The notes under the pieces: generated by a model | What the model was told of the DNA's origin: nothing | Seen by the model: only the letters and a program-made list of their open reading frames with translations | Database searches by the model: none | NCBI RefSeq assembly: GCF_009914755.1 | Contig: NC_060927.1 | Strand: one strand, 5' to 3' | DNA length: 64,000 nt | Source: the human T2T-CHM13v2.0 reference genome, Homo sapiens | Made by a program: the position numbers and the translations under genes | Part shown: piece by piece, positions 1-13,585 of the stretch | How the letters are laid out: each line of letters starts with the position of its first letter | How positions within the stretch are numbered: the stretch's first letter is position 1

Positions 1-1435
1 TTTATTATTCTTATTGGTAGAATGACAGAGGAAGAGTCATGTTCGAAATCTCTATCTCCTTGGAGAATGAGAAGGAAAGAGATATCCAATTATCAAGAGA
101 TATGGAAGCCATGATGTTTTCTATGCAACACTATTCAGTATAATCACCTTTCTTATTCACTTCACCCTGAATTCCCTATAGTCAAAAGAAGGATTGGCAC
201 CACTTCGATTAATATTTAAATTTAATACACTATCTTCAAGTCAATCCCATGCTTGGAGTAATGTATTCTTCTGATAGATGCATAGCTTTTGTCCAAAACA
301 ACTCCTTAATTTGCTTTAAAATCAACCAGTACTTTGTCACAATTTTCAAATCCTTTTTTTGCTTCTATTGTGAGGCCCTATTAGTATCTGCAAGAACTTC
401 TTAAAATGTGAAGATGACTATAATCATAACATTTCTTTATGAAGTTCAAATTCCACAAATTCTTTCATTAATATCACTGAATTCATGTCCTATAATAGCT
501 AAAAGGAGAGGGTTTTTAGTCCACAAATACAGAGAGGTAAAATGTAGAAAATGAGTGAGTTTACAAAGAAAATTCATATAGATTAGATTAAGTACACTGA
601 TTAATCTACAAATCCACCTTAAGTTCTCTCAGACCTGAATTTAAGCCTTTTGACTTCCAAACAAGTATTTTATTATGCAGTTTATCCTAAATTCTCCCTA
701 ATGACAATAAAATCTTTGAGTCTTGAAAAAAGCATGAAATTAGAATTCAGTGTTTGCATTACCATTTCAGCCTTTCTCTTCACTTCTGTCTAATAGTGTA
801 GAAGGTTTGGCAACTTCTCTGGGCTTGTCTAATGACTGGTTTCTCTTGGCATTTAGCCCTGTTGGTCTCACTTTATTTACTTATGCAGAATATCCCAGAT
901 AAAGGAAGATTATTTGAGAACTTTACAATAAATAAATGAATTTTTAAGTGCCTACAATAATTTCTAAATCAAAGCTTTCTTTTATAAGTCACTGATAAAA
1001 GAAATACATCAGGCCAATTTAAAAGAGGAAAAGTAATGTCAATATAGAAATTTTATGCACATGTTTGTGTGTGTGAGGGACCAGATAAGATAAAGAAATG
1101 ATAATCTCTAGGTGAAATATTTCTGCAGTCAAATCATTTGCTTTTCTTTCTGATAGTAGTTCTCACAAATTTAAATAGTTTTCTTTTTCTTTCTGATGGA
1201 CTAAAGATATCTCAGGAGTTCATATGAAGGACAAAAACAAAACAAAACCTGTATATCTCAAACTGCTCCCAAGGAAACCACTGTGTGACTTTATGTTAAT
1301 TTCCCTGTTTTATTATATGTTGCCATGATGTTCAAATAAAACCTTTCGAGTCGAAGACTTGAAGTACAGAAATATAATGTGAAGATGGAAATATAATCAC
1401 CAAATTCGTGACAGTATCTACATTATCTGGAATTA

Positions 1436-1478
1436 AACACACACACATACACACACACACAAACACACACACAACACA
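1436..1478. repeat. Imperfect (CA)n microsatellite
   Basis: acacacacacatacacacacacacaaacacacacac read directly. Confidence 0.9.
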
Positions 1479-3327
1479 TATCCACCGATAATCATTCTTT
1501 TCAGATTTTAAAACTTTTCCCTTCTACCAAAATTATTACTTTTGCTAAGTGCCCAAATGATTATATGAGTTATAATATGAGTTAAAATATTTGGAGAAAG
1601 AAAATTTGCTTGAAAATGCAGAAAATTTTTAGATTTTGCCACAACTAAGCTCTTTAAAAGAATGTATTTACTCTGTCTCTCTCTGGACTTGCATGAAGAA
1701 CCAAAACTTAGTAAATGTAGGGGCACGTGAATTTTTATATAACTATGAGATCACAGAATATAGTTGCTTCTTATTTTTTTCTAAAATGTGTAGCTCAGAG
1801 ACATCCTGATTAACAAAAATAATCCACACTTAAGACATGTAGATTTTTTTGTTGACTTGTTAGTCCTGATGAAAAATTGATAAACAGATAACTGAATATA
1901 CACACATGCATACACATGTAAAATAATTTCAATATGTTATTTGTTTACTGATTACCTCTTGGACCAAATGATTCCAAAAGGACTCAGTCTTAGTATTTTT
2001 GGCATCTGAGATTAATTATTTATTATTTATATATTTATAATTATTTATTATTATTATTATTGTTTTACACTCAGAGCCATTACAAGGTTGTGAAACTTCA
2101 CAAACTATCATAACAGTGTGCGTGCTGTATATATAACTATGCTGCATATTCCTTAGTATTTCAGTATAGAAAACAAAATCAATTTTAATCATGTGCTATA
2201 TATTTTGCTGGTGTGAACTTGTGCAAATAGGAAGAGGGGCAGTAAGCAATGGCTGAAACCACAGTAATGGCTAAGAGGTTGTGACGGTGCAAAATAATGT
2301 GCAAAGTGAAATAAAATTTACATCTAGACGATTTCGGCAATTTCTACTTTAAAAATCATCATTGCTTCGGCAGGGAGGAATGATATGCTATTTTGGACGC
2401 TTTTCTCTTCTTTCACTTTAACTTCTTCTAGGCACAGATTCTGCTCCTTTGACAGCAGCGCAGCGCTCATTATGTACTGAAAGTCATCAAGTGGAGGTTA
2501 GGAGAGTGGAAGCCTGTTCCCTGAAGCAATTTGTTTCAGCAATGTGCTAGAGCATAGTTCACAATTATCTTTAATATGAATGAGAAGCTGGAGGCTCTTG
2601 AATAGGCAGATGGAGTTCTGTTTTTTCCCCCAAGACCATAAACTTGTCTGCCTCTTTTTTCAAAGTACATTCATCATCTTGGTTGCTATTTTGTTTAACC
2701 TTGTTCTGCCATTGTTTCCTATTACTCTGCTTAGTTTATCCATTCTGGGTTAGCTAATTGGCTTTGCTTAGCCCTCCTTTTCACACATTTCCATTCCATT
2801 CCAGATGTGATTCAAGTCCCATTAGCTCCTACTTCATTTAAACCAACATAGGGCTCATGGGACTGGTAGGGCTGTTGGAGACAGGTGCAACTGGCCAGAT
2901 GGCTGACTTGCCAGGAGGGTGGAGCAGACCAAGCAGGTCCCCTGCTAAATTCAGACTGTCAGGCTGAGACAGCTAAAAGGGTTAGCAGAGGGTTACACCT
3001 CGATTTAATTGTTATAGTTCTTCTGTTATTGGCCCCTCTTTAGAATCCAAATGCATATTATTTTCAGGCTTAAAGCCAACTTAAGAAACAACCAAGTTGC
3101 TTATAAAATATTAGGTATCCACCATTATAATGTGTGCTGCCAAGACACTGCTTGGTTCTATTTCGAAAAAAGGAAGTTAAGACCAGTTAGAGAAATTATT
3201 TGGGTGCTAACCTTCCTCTGTGAGCAGCTATTTCTATGCCGTATTTGCTATTCCTCTAAGACTCTCACTCTTTTGAACTCAGAGGGCACCACTCTGAACC
3301 TTGAATTGGCTGTCTTGTATTGGCCAG

Positions 3328-3664
3328 TGCATTAGTCTGTTTTCACGCTGCTGATAAAGGCACACTCAAGACTGGGTAATTTGTACAGGAAAAAGCATTT
3401 AATGGACTTACAGTTCCACGTGGCTAGGGAAGCCTCACAATCATGGCAGAAGGCAAACATGAATGGCAGCAGGCATAGAGAGAGAGCTTGTGCAGCGGAA
3501 CTCCTCATTTTAAAACCATCAGATCTTGTGAGACTTATCCACTCTCCCAAGGACAGCACGGGAAAGATTTGCCCCCATGATTCTATTACCTCTCACTGGG
3601 TCCCTTCCACAACATGTGTGAATTCAGGATGAAATTTGGGTGGGGACGCAGCCAAACCATATCA
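3328..3664 (-). mobile_element. THE1A-like MaLR solo LTR
   Basis: Reverse complement starts tgatatggtttggctg and ends cagactaatgca. 5-bp TSD gccag (3323-3327) / gccaa (3665-3669). Confidence 0.9.
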
Positions 3665-4579
3665 GCCAAGCATGCAAAATGGAGAATCATGTGGATCTTG
3701 ACCACTACCAATTCATGATATCCAATCAACAACATACTGGCCTAATTATTTTTCATTATTTTTTGCCAGAATATTATACAAGGTGTCTTAAGAATCACTA
3801 TCAAATCTAGATTCTACCCACTTTGCTTTTGCAAAGATGACTGGAAATTCATTTCCTTGTTGTCCATTGGCACATATTACTCTATATTAACTTCCTTTCA
3901 CGTGCCTCTAACAATATTGTATATTTAAGGGACATCCTTAGCTTGTAATTTCCAATTCACATTATTTGTTTTTACTTCAATTCCCATTTTTGCTGAACTT
4001 GGAGCAACGAACAGTGTTAAACCCCTCAACGTGGAGATCTTATTTTTCTACTTGATTTTTGAAACAACATATTTTTGGTTTCTATTGCATATTCTGGCTC
4101 CATCTTCTTTTTCTTTGTCTTAGTATATTCTCTACACTGTGTGTTGCTCAAGTATCTCTTCTACCCTCTGGAGTTATCTCTATTTGTTTTTCCACAATAA
4201 ACTGGCCCTTTTGCATCCCACAATGACTTTTTACGGTGACTCCCTATCTTTGGCTCAAGTCCCAAATACTTATCTCAATCACAGGTTTTTATTATATTAA
4301 TATATGATTTTAGGATTGGTAGATTTCAAAACCAGCATTACGGTCTTCTTACTTCTATGAGATCAAAGGCTATTATTTTTTATTTCATTTATTCCACAAT
4401 ATCTTGTTAATCTCCCCATCATTTTTTTGTTTTTTTTACAAAAATATGCTTTTATTTCTCTACTTTCTTAGTTCCACTGCTAAGTATTCTGGTCTAAGTG
4501 TTCATTAACACATATTTGAAATATTGCAAAGGATTCTACCTAAAAATAATTGATACAGAGGACAACAGAAGCTAGGTAT

Positions 4580-4770
4580 CATTCACTATTTACTGTGTGG
4601 TAGATTTTTTTTTAGTTGATTCATGCATGTTGTCATTTGGTTGCCACAATATCCTTATGAAGTAACCATTTTATAGATAAGAACATTGAGGCATACAGAG
4701 GTTATGCAGCGTGCCTGGTATTATAGAACTAATGTAAGATGTAACTTGAGCCCAGGATTTCTGAGAACAG
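4580..4770 (-). mobile_element. MIR fragment
   Basis: ccattttatagataagaacattgaggcatacagaggtt resembles the MIR core. Confidence 0.6.
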
Positions 4771-4862
4771 CTATGTTATAATGCCCCTATTTTCCTTCTT
4801 TCTCTCCTCTAATTATGATAATGTGGTTTCAGACCAATACAGGACATTCTCGGGCTTAATAG

Positions 4863-5221
<359 letters not shown>

Positions 5222-6139
5222 CTATTAACACAAATCAATATGCACCTATCTTCCCACCTGACTCTTGGGGTTTTCTTCCTACTTTTTTCATCCTTTCCTT
5301 GGAATTTTGATATCAGTTATCCCTCCTGCACTCTGGGTCTTAAAGGAGAAAAACAGATCAGTATTTAAAGGGAACACATTATGAGGGATAAATTTTCCCC
5401 AATAAAGGATCTTTGTATGAAAGCTTATGGCTAAAGAAGTTATATTTTTTATCTTGACTTCATCAGTTATTGCACTAGCCTGCCCCACTGCCATACTTCC
5501 AATTTATTTTTACTCTATATTAATCTTCCTATGTCACCAACTTTTTATGTCATTCTGTTTTGTTTTGTTTCTTAAAGGTGCCTCTTTCCCTGCTTCTTGA
5601 AGGATAAGAATGCTGGCCTATCATTCAAAACCATTGGCTAACTATGTATAACTTTACTTTTATTATTCTTGCTGTATGTACTTTCCACTTCAACCAGAGT
5701 ATTGTCATTACCTCATTAATGTTCCCTTGTTCCCTCCAGTCCCTATGCCTGGTAAGATCTCATCTTTGTATTTTGAAATTCTACCCATTTTCCAAAAGCC
5801 AGATCATGGCTTTTATGCTCCTCAGCTCGTAACCAAAAATTAGGTCTTTCATTTCTCTGCTCTCAATGTACCCATACTTCTCTTATTGCATTTATCATAT
5901 GCTGATTTGAATTTTTGTTTTCTCTTTATACACTTTTCTTAGTGTTCCTGGTGGACTGTAAAATATTAATATAAGGGGTCGGCATCACATACTACTTTGC
6001 ATTTTCTAATAGTAATGGACTCCTTATAGTACGTGCTCAGTTAAGATTTATTTTTAATACTATACCTAATAAAGGATATCATTCTTACCTCAGCTTATAA
6101 GGTGCTTTGATGAAAATTCCAAACCCACCATCAGCATGA

Positions 6140-6340
6140 TGGTAACAGCTATCAATTAAGATATGCCAGAGACAATCTGGCATTCTGTATAGTCTTTAAT
6201 TTCACTCTTCAAACTACCTGGCATTGTAGGTATCATGACTCTTATTTTATAGGTGAACTAAGGTTCAAGGCATCTTGTTCAGGATCCAGATAGTAAATGT
6301 TGGAGTTAACTATAAAATTCAACTGTGCCTTACTGGTCTC
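6140..6340 (-). mobile_element. MIR fragment
   Basis: ttattttataggtgaactaagg...cttgttcaggat is a degraded MIR core. Confidence 0.5.
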
Positions 6341-6649
6341 CAAAATCAAATTCTTATTTTAAATATTCCTATACAACCATTTTTAATAAAACTCATTGAA
6401 ATGTCTCTTAGGCTGCTTCATTCTTTTATGTTCCCACTATACAGAGAAAAACTGGGGGCACCCTCATCAATAGATATGTTGATTTTCAGACTGTGTTCTT
6501 AAGTGATTTGCTTCCACTTGAAATCCCCCTCACTAGGCACTATTTCCTATTCATGGTTGCCTGACTCATTTACCTTAAAATGTTCTCCTGTCATCACATT
6601 TTTCCCAGTCAGCTAGTTATAAAATGTTTGAATAATGTTTTTGATCATC

Positions 6650-6910
6650 AATTTTGTATCTCTAAAATGGGAATAATGACATAGTCTATCTCATAAAGTT
6701 GCAAGTATCAAATGGATGCTTACAAAGCAGGGCTCTGCTCACAGAGTAAGCATTTAATACATTTTAGTTATTTTTTATTTAAAGCACATTTTAAAAGAGA
6801 ATAGCCATGTATAACCTCATTTTACAGAGAAAGGAAATGAGATGCGGACAAGAGATTTGTCTCAAATCAACCAGAGGTTAGAATCAAGTCTAAGAATATA
6901 CTCTGACCCC
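6650..6910. mobile_element. Two MIR fragments in opposite orientation
   Basis: ctctaaaatgggaataatga (+) and ctcattttacagagaaaggaaatgag (-). Confidence 0.5.
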
Positions 6911-8007
6911 ATTACTCCCAATACTGATACTTTTTATAATATGCAAAATTATTTGACTTACCTTCTACCCACTTTTCCCCCTTATCTGTCATCATGTATC
7001 TTTTGTTTGCCCAAGGTCTGTTTTCTCACCATCCACTCTAAGCAATGTGCTCATTGGTACAATTTAATTTTTGCTGTTTCAGTTTTGAAAAGTCCTCTTA
7101 AACTCTTCCTAGTTATTAACGTTGTCCAACCCACAGGTCCTGTTCAAATAACACTCACTCATATGTTTTCCACAAAAGCCTCAGGTCACACCTACTTGTT
7201 CCTCCCTGACTTTCTCTCATGTTTACTTTGTCTATAATATTATGCATTTATTATACCTTGCTTGTCCTATAAATGTCTCATAGTGTGTGGTACTGATTTT
7301 AGTTTTACAGAAGGAAGTATTAACATACATAACTGGTTAAAGCTGAAGGAGCTATAACTGCACTGCTTTGCTGAGACTTTTTCACTGTTATCATGGCAAG
7401 ACTTGGTTTGCTATCCCATGTGTTATGTTGGAGTACACTGTGGAACAGGCAAATTTGTGCTTCTAAGCTTTTATACAAATGTATGAAAAATATTTTTTCA
7501 ATAATGCTTTTTGCAACTGTTCAAAAGTCAGACTTTAAGTTCAGAGTTGTCATCAACTCTACCGCTAAAACTCAATTTATTATCTTTACTAATTTGCTAT
7601 TTCTCTAGAGATTTGTGTAATGCTGAAACATGAAAATATTTGTTCTACAAAATATACTTTCCAAAGTGCCTAAGATAGTGGACAGAGATTTTCTAGAATT
7701 TTTCCTTTCCTGTTTCATTGTACTGCCCCAATTTCTCTTTCTTATTTTATCTTTTCCCGACACAGTAGAAGAGTTTTATAGACTACTCTGGAGTTTAGGG
7801 CAACTTACACCTAAAGTAGTGAAAAAAAAATCCCCCATTTCCATGCACAATTCATCTCTCTGATAGCTTTAATCAATCTCTTTGATCATACTCAGGCGAG
7901 GTTTGCTGCTTAACTGTTTTATGCTATCCATGGGTCAACTCAAGACGACATTGTCCACAGAAGTCTAAGGAATGTGTAACAGGAAGTCAACATTGTTATT
8001 CCTATGG

Positions 8008-8364
8008 TGATATGGCTTGGCTCTGTGTCCCCACCTAAATCTCATCTTGAATTGTAATAATCCCCATGTGTCAAGGGTGGGACCAGGAGAAGATAATTGA
8101 ATCATGGGGGCATTTTCCCCCATGCTGTTCTTGTGATAGTGAGTTCGTTCTCAGGAGATCTGACGGTTTTATAAGGGCCTTCCCCCTTCGCTCGGCATTA
8201 ATTCTCTCTCCTGCCACCCTGCGAAGAGGTCTTTTCTGCCATGAATGTAAGTTTCCTGAGGCCTCCCCAGCCATGCAGAACTGTGAGTCAATGAAATGTC
8301 TTTTCTTTATAAATTACACAGTCTTGGGTATTTTTTCATTGGCGCATGAGAATGGACTAGTACA
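8008..8364 (+). mobile_element. THE1C-like MaLR solo LTR
   Basis: tgatatggcttggctctgtgtcccc ... gaatggactagtaca. Perfect TSD tatgg at 8003-8007 and 8365-8369. Confidence 0.92.
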
Positions 8365-8856
8365 TATGGTGAAATATATTCCATCTTCCATTTATAGATT
8401 CATTGTTTTAATTTATTAACTCTTGTGAGAAAATGTTCATTTATTTTTATTTTCTGCCAATATTAGCTCTGGGAATAAGCAAGCAATTCTTCAAGTTTTG
8501 GATAATAGTTTAAATATTAGCATTGTCTTTGGGTGGTAGTATCATGATTAGTTTTTTTTAACATATCATATAGTATTTAAAAAATTAATATGAAGTACTT
8601 TTATCATCAGAACAAAACTACTTTAATTTCTACTAAAAAAAGACTTTTCAGAGTTATCTATTTAAAGTAGTATTTCAACTTATACTTTTAAAATGTATCA
8701 CAACTGTTTCTCTTTGTTCCGATATTTTTAAAGGTATTTTCTGTTGCAATGTTCAATATATTGATCTTTGATAAAGTTACTCATCTTTGTCACTTTTAGT
8801 CATAGCAGGATAATAATAATTGGAACATTTAAATAGAGATACTTTCATATACACAC

Positions 8857-11044
8857 TTTTTAATTTTTTAATTTTTAATTTTTGTAAGTACATAGTAGGC
8901 ATATATATTTATGGGTTATGTAATATAGGCATGTAATGTGTAATAATCACATCAGGGTAAATAAGGTATCAAGTATTTATCACGTCAAGCATTGATCCTT
9001 TGTGTTAAAAACAATCCAATTATTCTTTCAGTTATGTTCAAATGCACAATTAAATTATTTTTGACTATAGTCACCCTGTCATACTGGTAAATGCTAAGTC
9101 TTATTTAGTCTTTCTAACTATAATTTTGTATTCATTAACCGTCCCCACTTTCCCACCATTGCACCCCTCCACTACCCTTTCCAGCATCTGGTAACCATCA
9201 TTCTACTCTCTATCTCCATGAGTTCAGTTGTTTTAATTTTTAGCTCTCACAAATAAGTGAGAACATGTGAAGTTTGTCTTTCTCTGCCTAGCTTATTTTA
9301 CTTAATAGAATGGCCTCCAGTTCCATCCACGTTGTTGCAGATAACAGGATCTCATTCTTTTTCATGGCTGAATAGTACTCCATTGTGTATATGTACTATA
9401 TTTTCTTTACCCATTTATCTGTTGATAGACACTTAGGTTGCTTCCAAATCTTGGCTTTTATGAACAATGTTGCAATAAACATGGGAGTGTGGATATCTCT
9501 TTGATATACTGCTCTCTGTTCTTTTGGGTGTATACCTAGGAATGGGATTGCTGGATCATAGAGTTTTTTTGAGGAATCTTGAAACTGTTCTCCATAGTGG
9601 CTGTACTAATTTACATTTCCACCAACAGTGTATGAGGCTTCTCTTTTTCTCCACATCCTCACCAGCATTTGTTATTGACTAGCTTTTGAATAAAAGCCAT
9701 TTTAACTAGAATGAGATTATATCTCATTGTGGTTTTTATTTGCATTTCTCTGATGATCAATGATGTCGAGCATCTTTTCATATACCTGTTTGCCACTTGT
9801 ATGTCTTCTTTAGAGAAATGTCTAATTTAGATAATTTTAGAATCAGATTATTACATAATTTTTCTACAGAGTGGTTTGAGCTTTTATATATTCTGGTTAT
9901 TGATTCTTTGTCAGATGAATAGTTTGCAAATGTTTTCTCCCATTCTGTGAGTTGTCTCTTTTTTGATTGATTCCTTTTCTATGCAAGAAGCTTTTTAACT
10001 TGATGTGATCCCATTTTTCCATTTTTGCTTTGGTTGCCTATGCTTATGGGGTGTCAATCAAGAAAACTTTGTCAAGACCAATGACCTGGAGAGTTTCCCC
10101 AATGTTTTCTTTTAGCAGTTTCATAGTTTAAGGTATTATATTTAAGTCTTTAATCCATCTTGAGTTAACTTTTGTGTATGGTGAGAGGTAGAGATCCAGT
10201 TTTATTCTTCTGCATATGAATATTCAGATATCCTAGCACCATTTATTGAAGAAACTGCTCTTTCCCCAATGTATGTTCTTGGCACCCTTGTCAAAAATGA
10301 GTTCACTGTGGATGTATGGATTTATTTCTGGGTTCTGCATTCTGTTCTGTTGGTCTTTGTGTCTGTTTTTATGCCGGTACCATGCTGTTCTTGTTTTGAT
10401 AGCTCTGGAGTATAATTTGAAGTCATTTGATGTGATTGCTCCAGTTTTGTTCTTTTGCTTAGGATATCTTTGGCTATTCTGAGTCTTTTGTGGTTCCATA
10501 TAAATTGTATAATAGTTTTTATGTGTCTGTGAAGAAGGTCATGAATATTTTGATAGGGATTGCAATAAATTTGTAGATTCCTTTGGGTAGTATGGATATT
10601 TTAACAACATTGAGTTTTCCAATTCATAAACATGGAATATCTTTCCATTTTTATGTCTTCTTCAATTTCTTGCATCAGTGTTTTTTATAGCTTTAATTGT
10701 AGAGATCTTTTACTTCCTTGTTTATGGTAATTCCTAGGTATTTTATTTTATTTGTAGCTATTGTAAATGGCATTTCTTGATTTCTTCTTCATGCTGTTCA
10801 TTATTGGCTATTGATTTTTCTATGTTGATTTTATATCCTGAAACTTTCCTGAATTTTTGTATCAGTTCTAATAGCTTTTGGTGGAATCTTTAGGCTTTTC
10901 AGAATATAAGATTATATTATGTCCAAACAAGGATATTTTGACTTCTTTGTTTCCAATTCGAATGCCCTCTATTTACCATTCTTGCCTGATTGCTCTAGCG
11001 AGAACTTACAGTACTATGTTGAATAACAGAGATGAAAGTGGGCA
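8857..11044 (-). mobile_element. L1MA (MA2-4-like) 3' UTR and C-terminal ORF2, decayed
   Basis: T-rich tail and L1MA 3' UTR (gtacatagtaggcatatatatttatggg). ORF 10233-10499(-) [29 protein letters not shown]...[14 protein letters not shown] matches the ORF2p C-terminal region. Confidence 0.95.
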
Positions 11045-12260
11045 GGATAGTGGGCTCTCCTTTGGTCCAGGGCAGGTCAAGAAATCCTGTCTAAGAACCA
11101 AGGATTCCATAACCCCAAGATCTTCCTTGGTGTTTTACCCACACCTCTCCCCGGTTCCCCTCCCCTCTGCATCTGAGCTGGTATCTAAAGTGCAAGACAA
11201 AGTCTTTACTTTTTTCTCTCAAGCTGAATGAAGAGTCTCTCATGCTAGTTCCCACAGCTGGAAATGTGCTGGATCTCACCTGAAGCCAGTACATCTCAGA
11301 GTCTCACTCAAGTCCCATGCCATACACCTGATTATTATTGCTCTTTATTCAAGGCTCAAAGGCACTTTTGTCAGCAGGTAATGAATCCTGCCATGACTGG
11401 GTCCTCCCCTTAAAGGCAGCAGGTTTCTTTCTGGCCCAGAGTATGTCTAGAAATGTCATCCAGAGCTAGATCATGGAATGGGGGTCTCATGTCTCTGCCT
11501 AGTGCCCTATCCTACTGTGGCTGAGCTGGTATCCAAGATGCAAGACAAAGTCCTCTTTACTCTTCCCTCTCCTTTCCTCATATGAAAGGAAAGGATCTCT
11601 TTTGGAAGTGCTAGCTGTGCTACCTGTGTTTGTGGGAGGGGTGGTGCAAGCTCTCTGTTAGCCACTCCAGCTAGTGACTAAGTAGGTCACATGCTCCCCA
11701 GGTCCACTGGCTCTGAGTCCAGCTTGGCACTAGGATTTGCCTAGGAGTTGCAGTCCTTGTGGCCTAGACTGCCTTTCAAGTTTATTTAGTGCCCCACAGC
11801 CATTTACCCTGCAGTGGAAAGGCTTGCTAGAACTCAAATTCCTACTGCTGTGGTGGGCAGTTTCCTTCTGGATAGGGCTGGTCTTAATGCCCCCTCTGTG
11901 GGCAGACATCAGCTGAGTTCAGCCCAGTTTTGATTTCTGTTGTGACAGGGCAGCACTTAGTTCAATGCAAAGTCACAATCGCTGCGCTCTCCCGCCCGCT
12001 CTTAACCACACAGACTTTCTCTCTGTGCCACACGGCTGCTGCCAGGGGATAGGGGAGCAGTGGCATCAGCAATTCAAGACCATCTTTCCTACCCTCTTCC
12101 ATGTCGCTTTCAATGATAGTTAAAACCGGGTACTATGAAGTTTCACCTGATTTTTGGTTCTTATAAAGGTGCTTTTGTGTAAATAGTTGTTAAATTTGGT
12201 GTTTCTGCAGGGGCATGATGAGTGGAGCCTTCCATTTGGCCATTTTGCTCTGCCCCTCTC
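11045..12260 (-). mobile_element. L1M 5' UTR, including the element 5' terminus
   Basis: Reverse complement begins gagaggggcagagcaaaatggccaaatggaaggctccac, similar to the L1 start GGCGGAGCAAGATGGCCGAATAG. GC-richer than flanks, with a repeated ctgagctggtatc..gcaagacaaagtc unit. Confidence 0.85.
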
Positions 12261-13459
12261 TTGACAAATTTTTAGTCCTAAGACATCACGCTAATTGCTC
12301 CAGTGTCATCCATTGCCTCCTGGGGAAAGCAGTTTAATACACAGAAGGAAAAAAATTCCATTGGGTTGCCTCATAAATATTTTTAATTCATGGAAGAGAA
12401 ACATATCTTAAAATTAATACTTTCAGGTGCTTCAAATCAAAGCACTGAAATTGATTTTGGCATCATTGGAGACTAGCAACAACTTAACTCTTCATGGAAG
12501 AGACTGTGAACCACATATATATGTATCTCATTAAACCCCAGCTAAATATGTATACAAGGCAATTTCCACTTAACTGAATTGTCCCATAGTTGAATTATCT
12601 GACAAGAGGAGAAATGTACTGTAATGAAAGTCAGAGTGAACGGAGGCAGTTTTCTGAATCACTTGTGGTTAAATATCTTACTTTTGCAAATTCTTTTAAA
12701 AAGCATATGAGCATTGCTAAAGCTCCTCTTAGAACCTTGGAAGGAGCCTGAGCAAGTGAGAGGCTGTGAAATTTCAACTTCATTAGATTTACTATAATCC
12801 TGTCTCCAGGGCGACAACGTTACACAAAGTAGGTGAGCAGAGCTATGTTTTATTTCTCTAAAGCTGACATTTCCAGAGTTACAACATCAATCTTTCCAAT
12901 TTAGGTAAACCCTGTCATATCAAGTTTATCACTTAATATCATTTGGGCAACTATTCTATTAAGTTGGCACTTTCCTAGGATAAGCTCTCTGGAAGTGTTT
13001 ACATATGATCCTGCCATCAAGAGGAATATGGACTCAGAATCATCTTATATCCACAACCAGCCTCTTCTGAGGGTAACATCCCACTTGGTTCCTATCATCA
13101 TATGTTTGCACCCATTGTTGCTGTCCTAGGTGTCCAAGGTTGCACCATATCCACTATCTGAACCTGCTTTGGACCTGGTGGCTCACTTCAGTCATTTCCA
13201 AGGCTCTCTTAAATGCTATAGAAACATTTCAGATGTTCCCCTTCATCACAATGTGTGATGGTGCCTGTGTGTCCACCACCAAGAATATCTCTTCGCATTT
13301 GCAATTTTGTGAGATTTTTCTAATTCTAAATAATCATTCAATTATAGATCCAGCTTTGCATTTATGATTTTGTGTCCTTTTTTCCTTAAACAATCACCTC
13401 CCCAATTACATATGCTTCAAGCCCTTGAAACCTAACTGACTAGAAATATTATCATACCT

Positions 13460-13585
13460 TTTATAGATGCTTAAATGCAAGCTCATTGAGAGCAAAAATT
13501 TTTCTTTTTTTTTTCTCATGGCTATACATCAACAGTCTATAGAGGATCTGAAATATACAAGGCACTCAATCAGTATCAATGAAAA
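13460..13585 (+). mobile_element. L2 3'-end fragment
   Basis: tgcaagctcattgagagca...aggcactcaatcagtat. Confidence 0.55.

Noticed and set aside
6842-7237. 131-aa ATG ORF
   Set aside because: Starts in a MIR relic, has no recognisable homology, and its composition mirrors T-rich DNA.
10233-10499. ORF with recognisable protein similarity
   Set aside because: Decayed L1 ORF2p fragment bounded by stops and frameshifts, not a gene.
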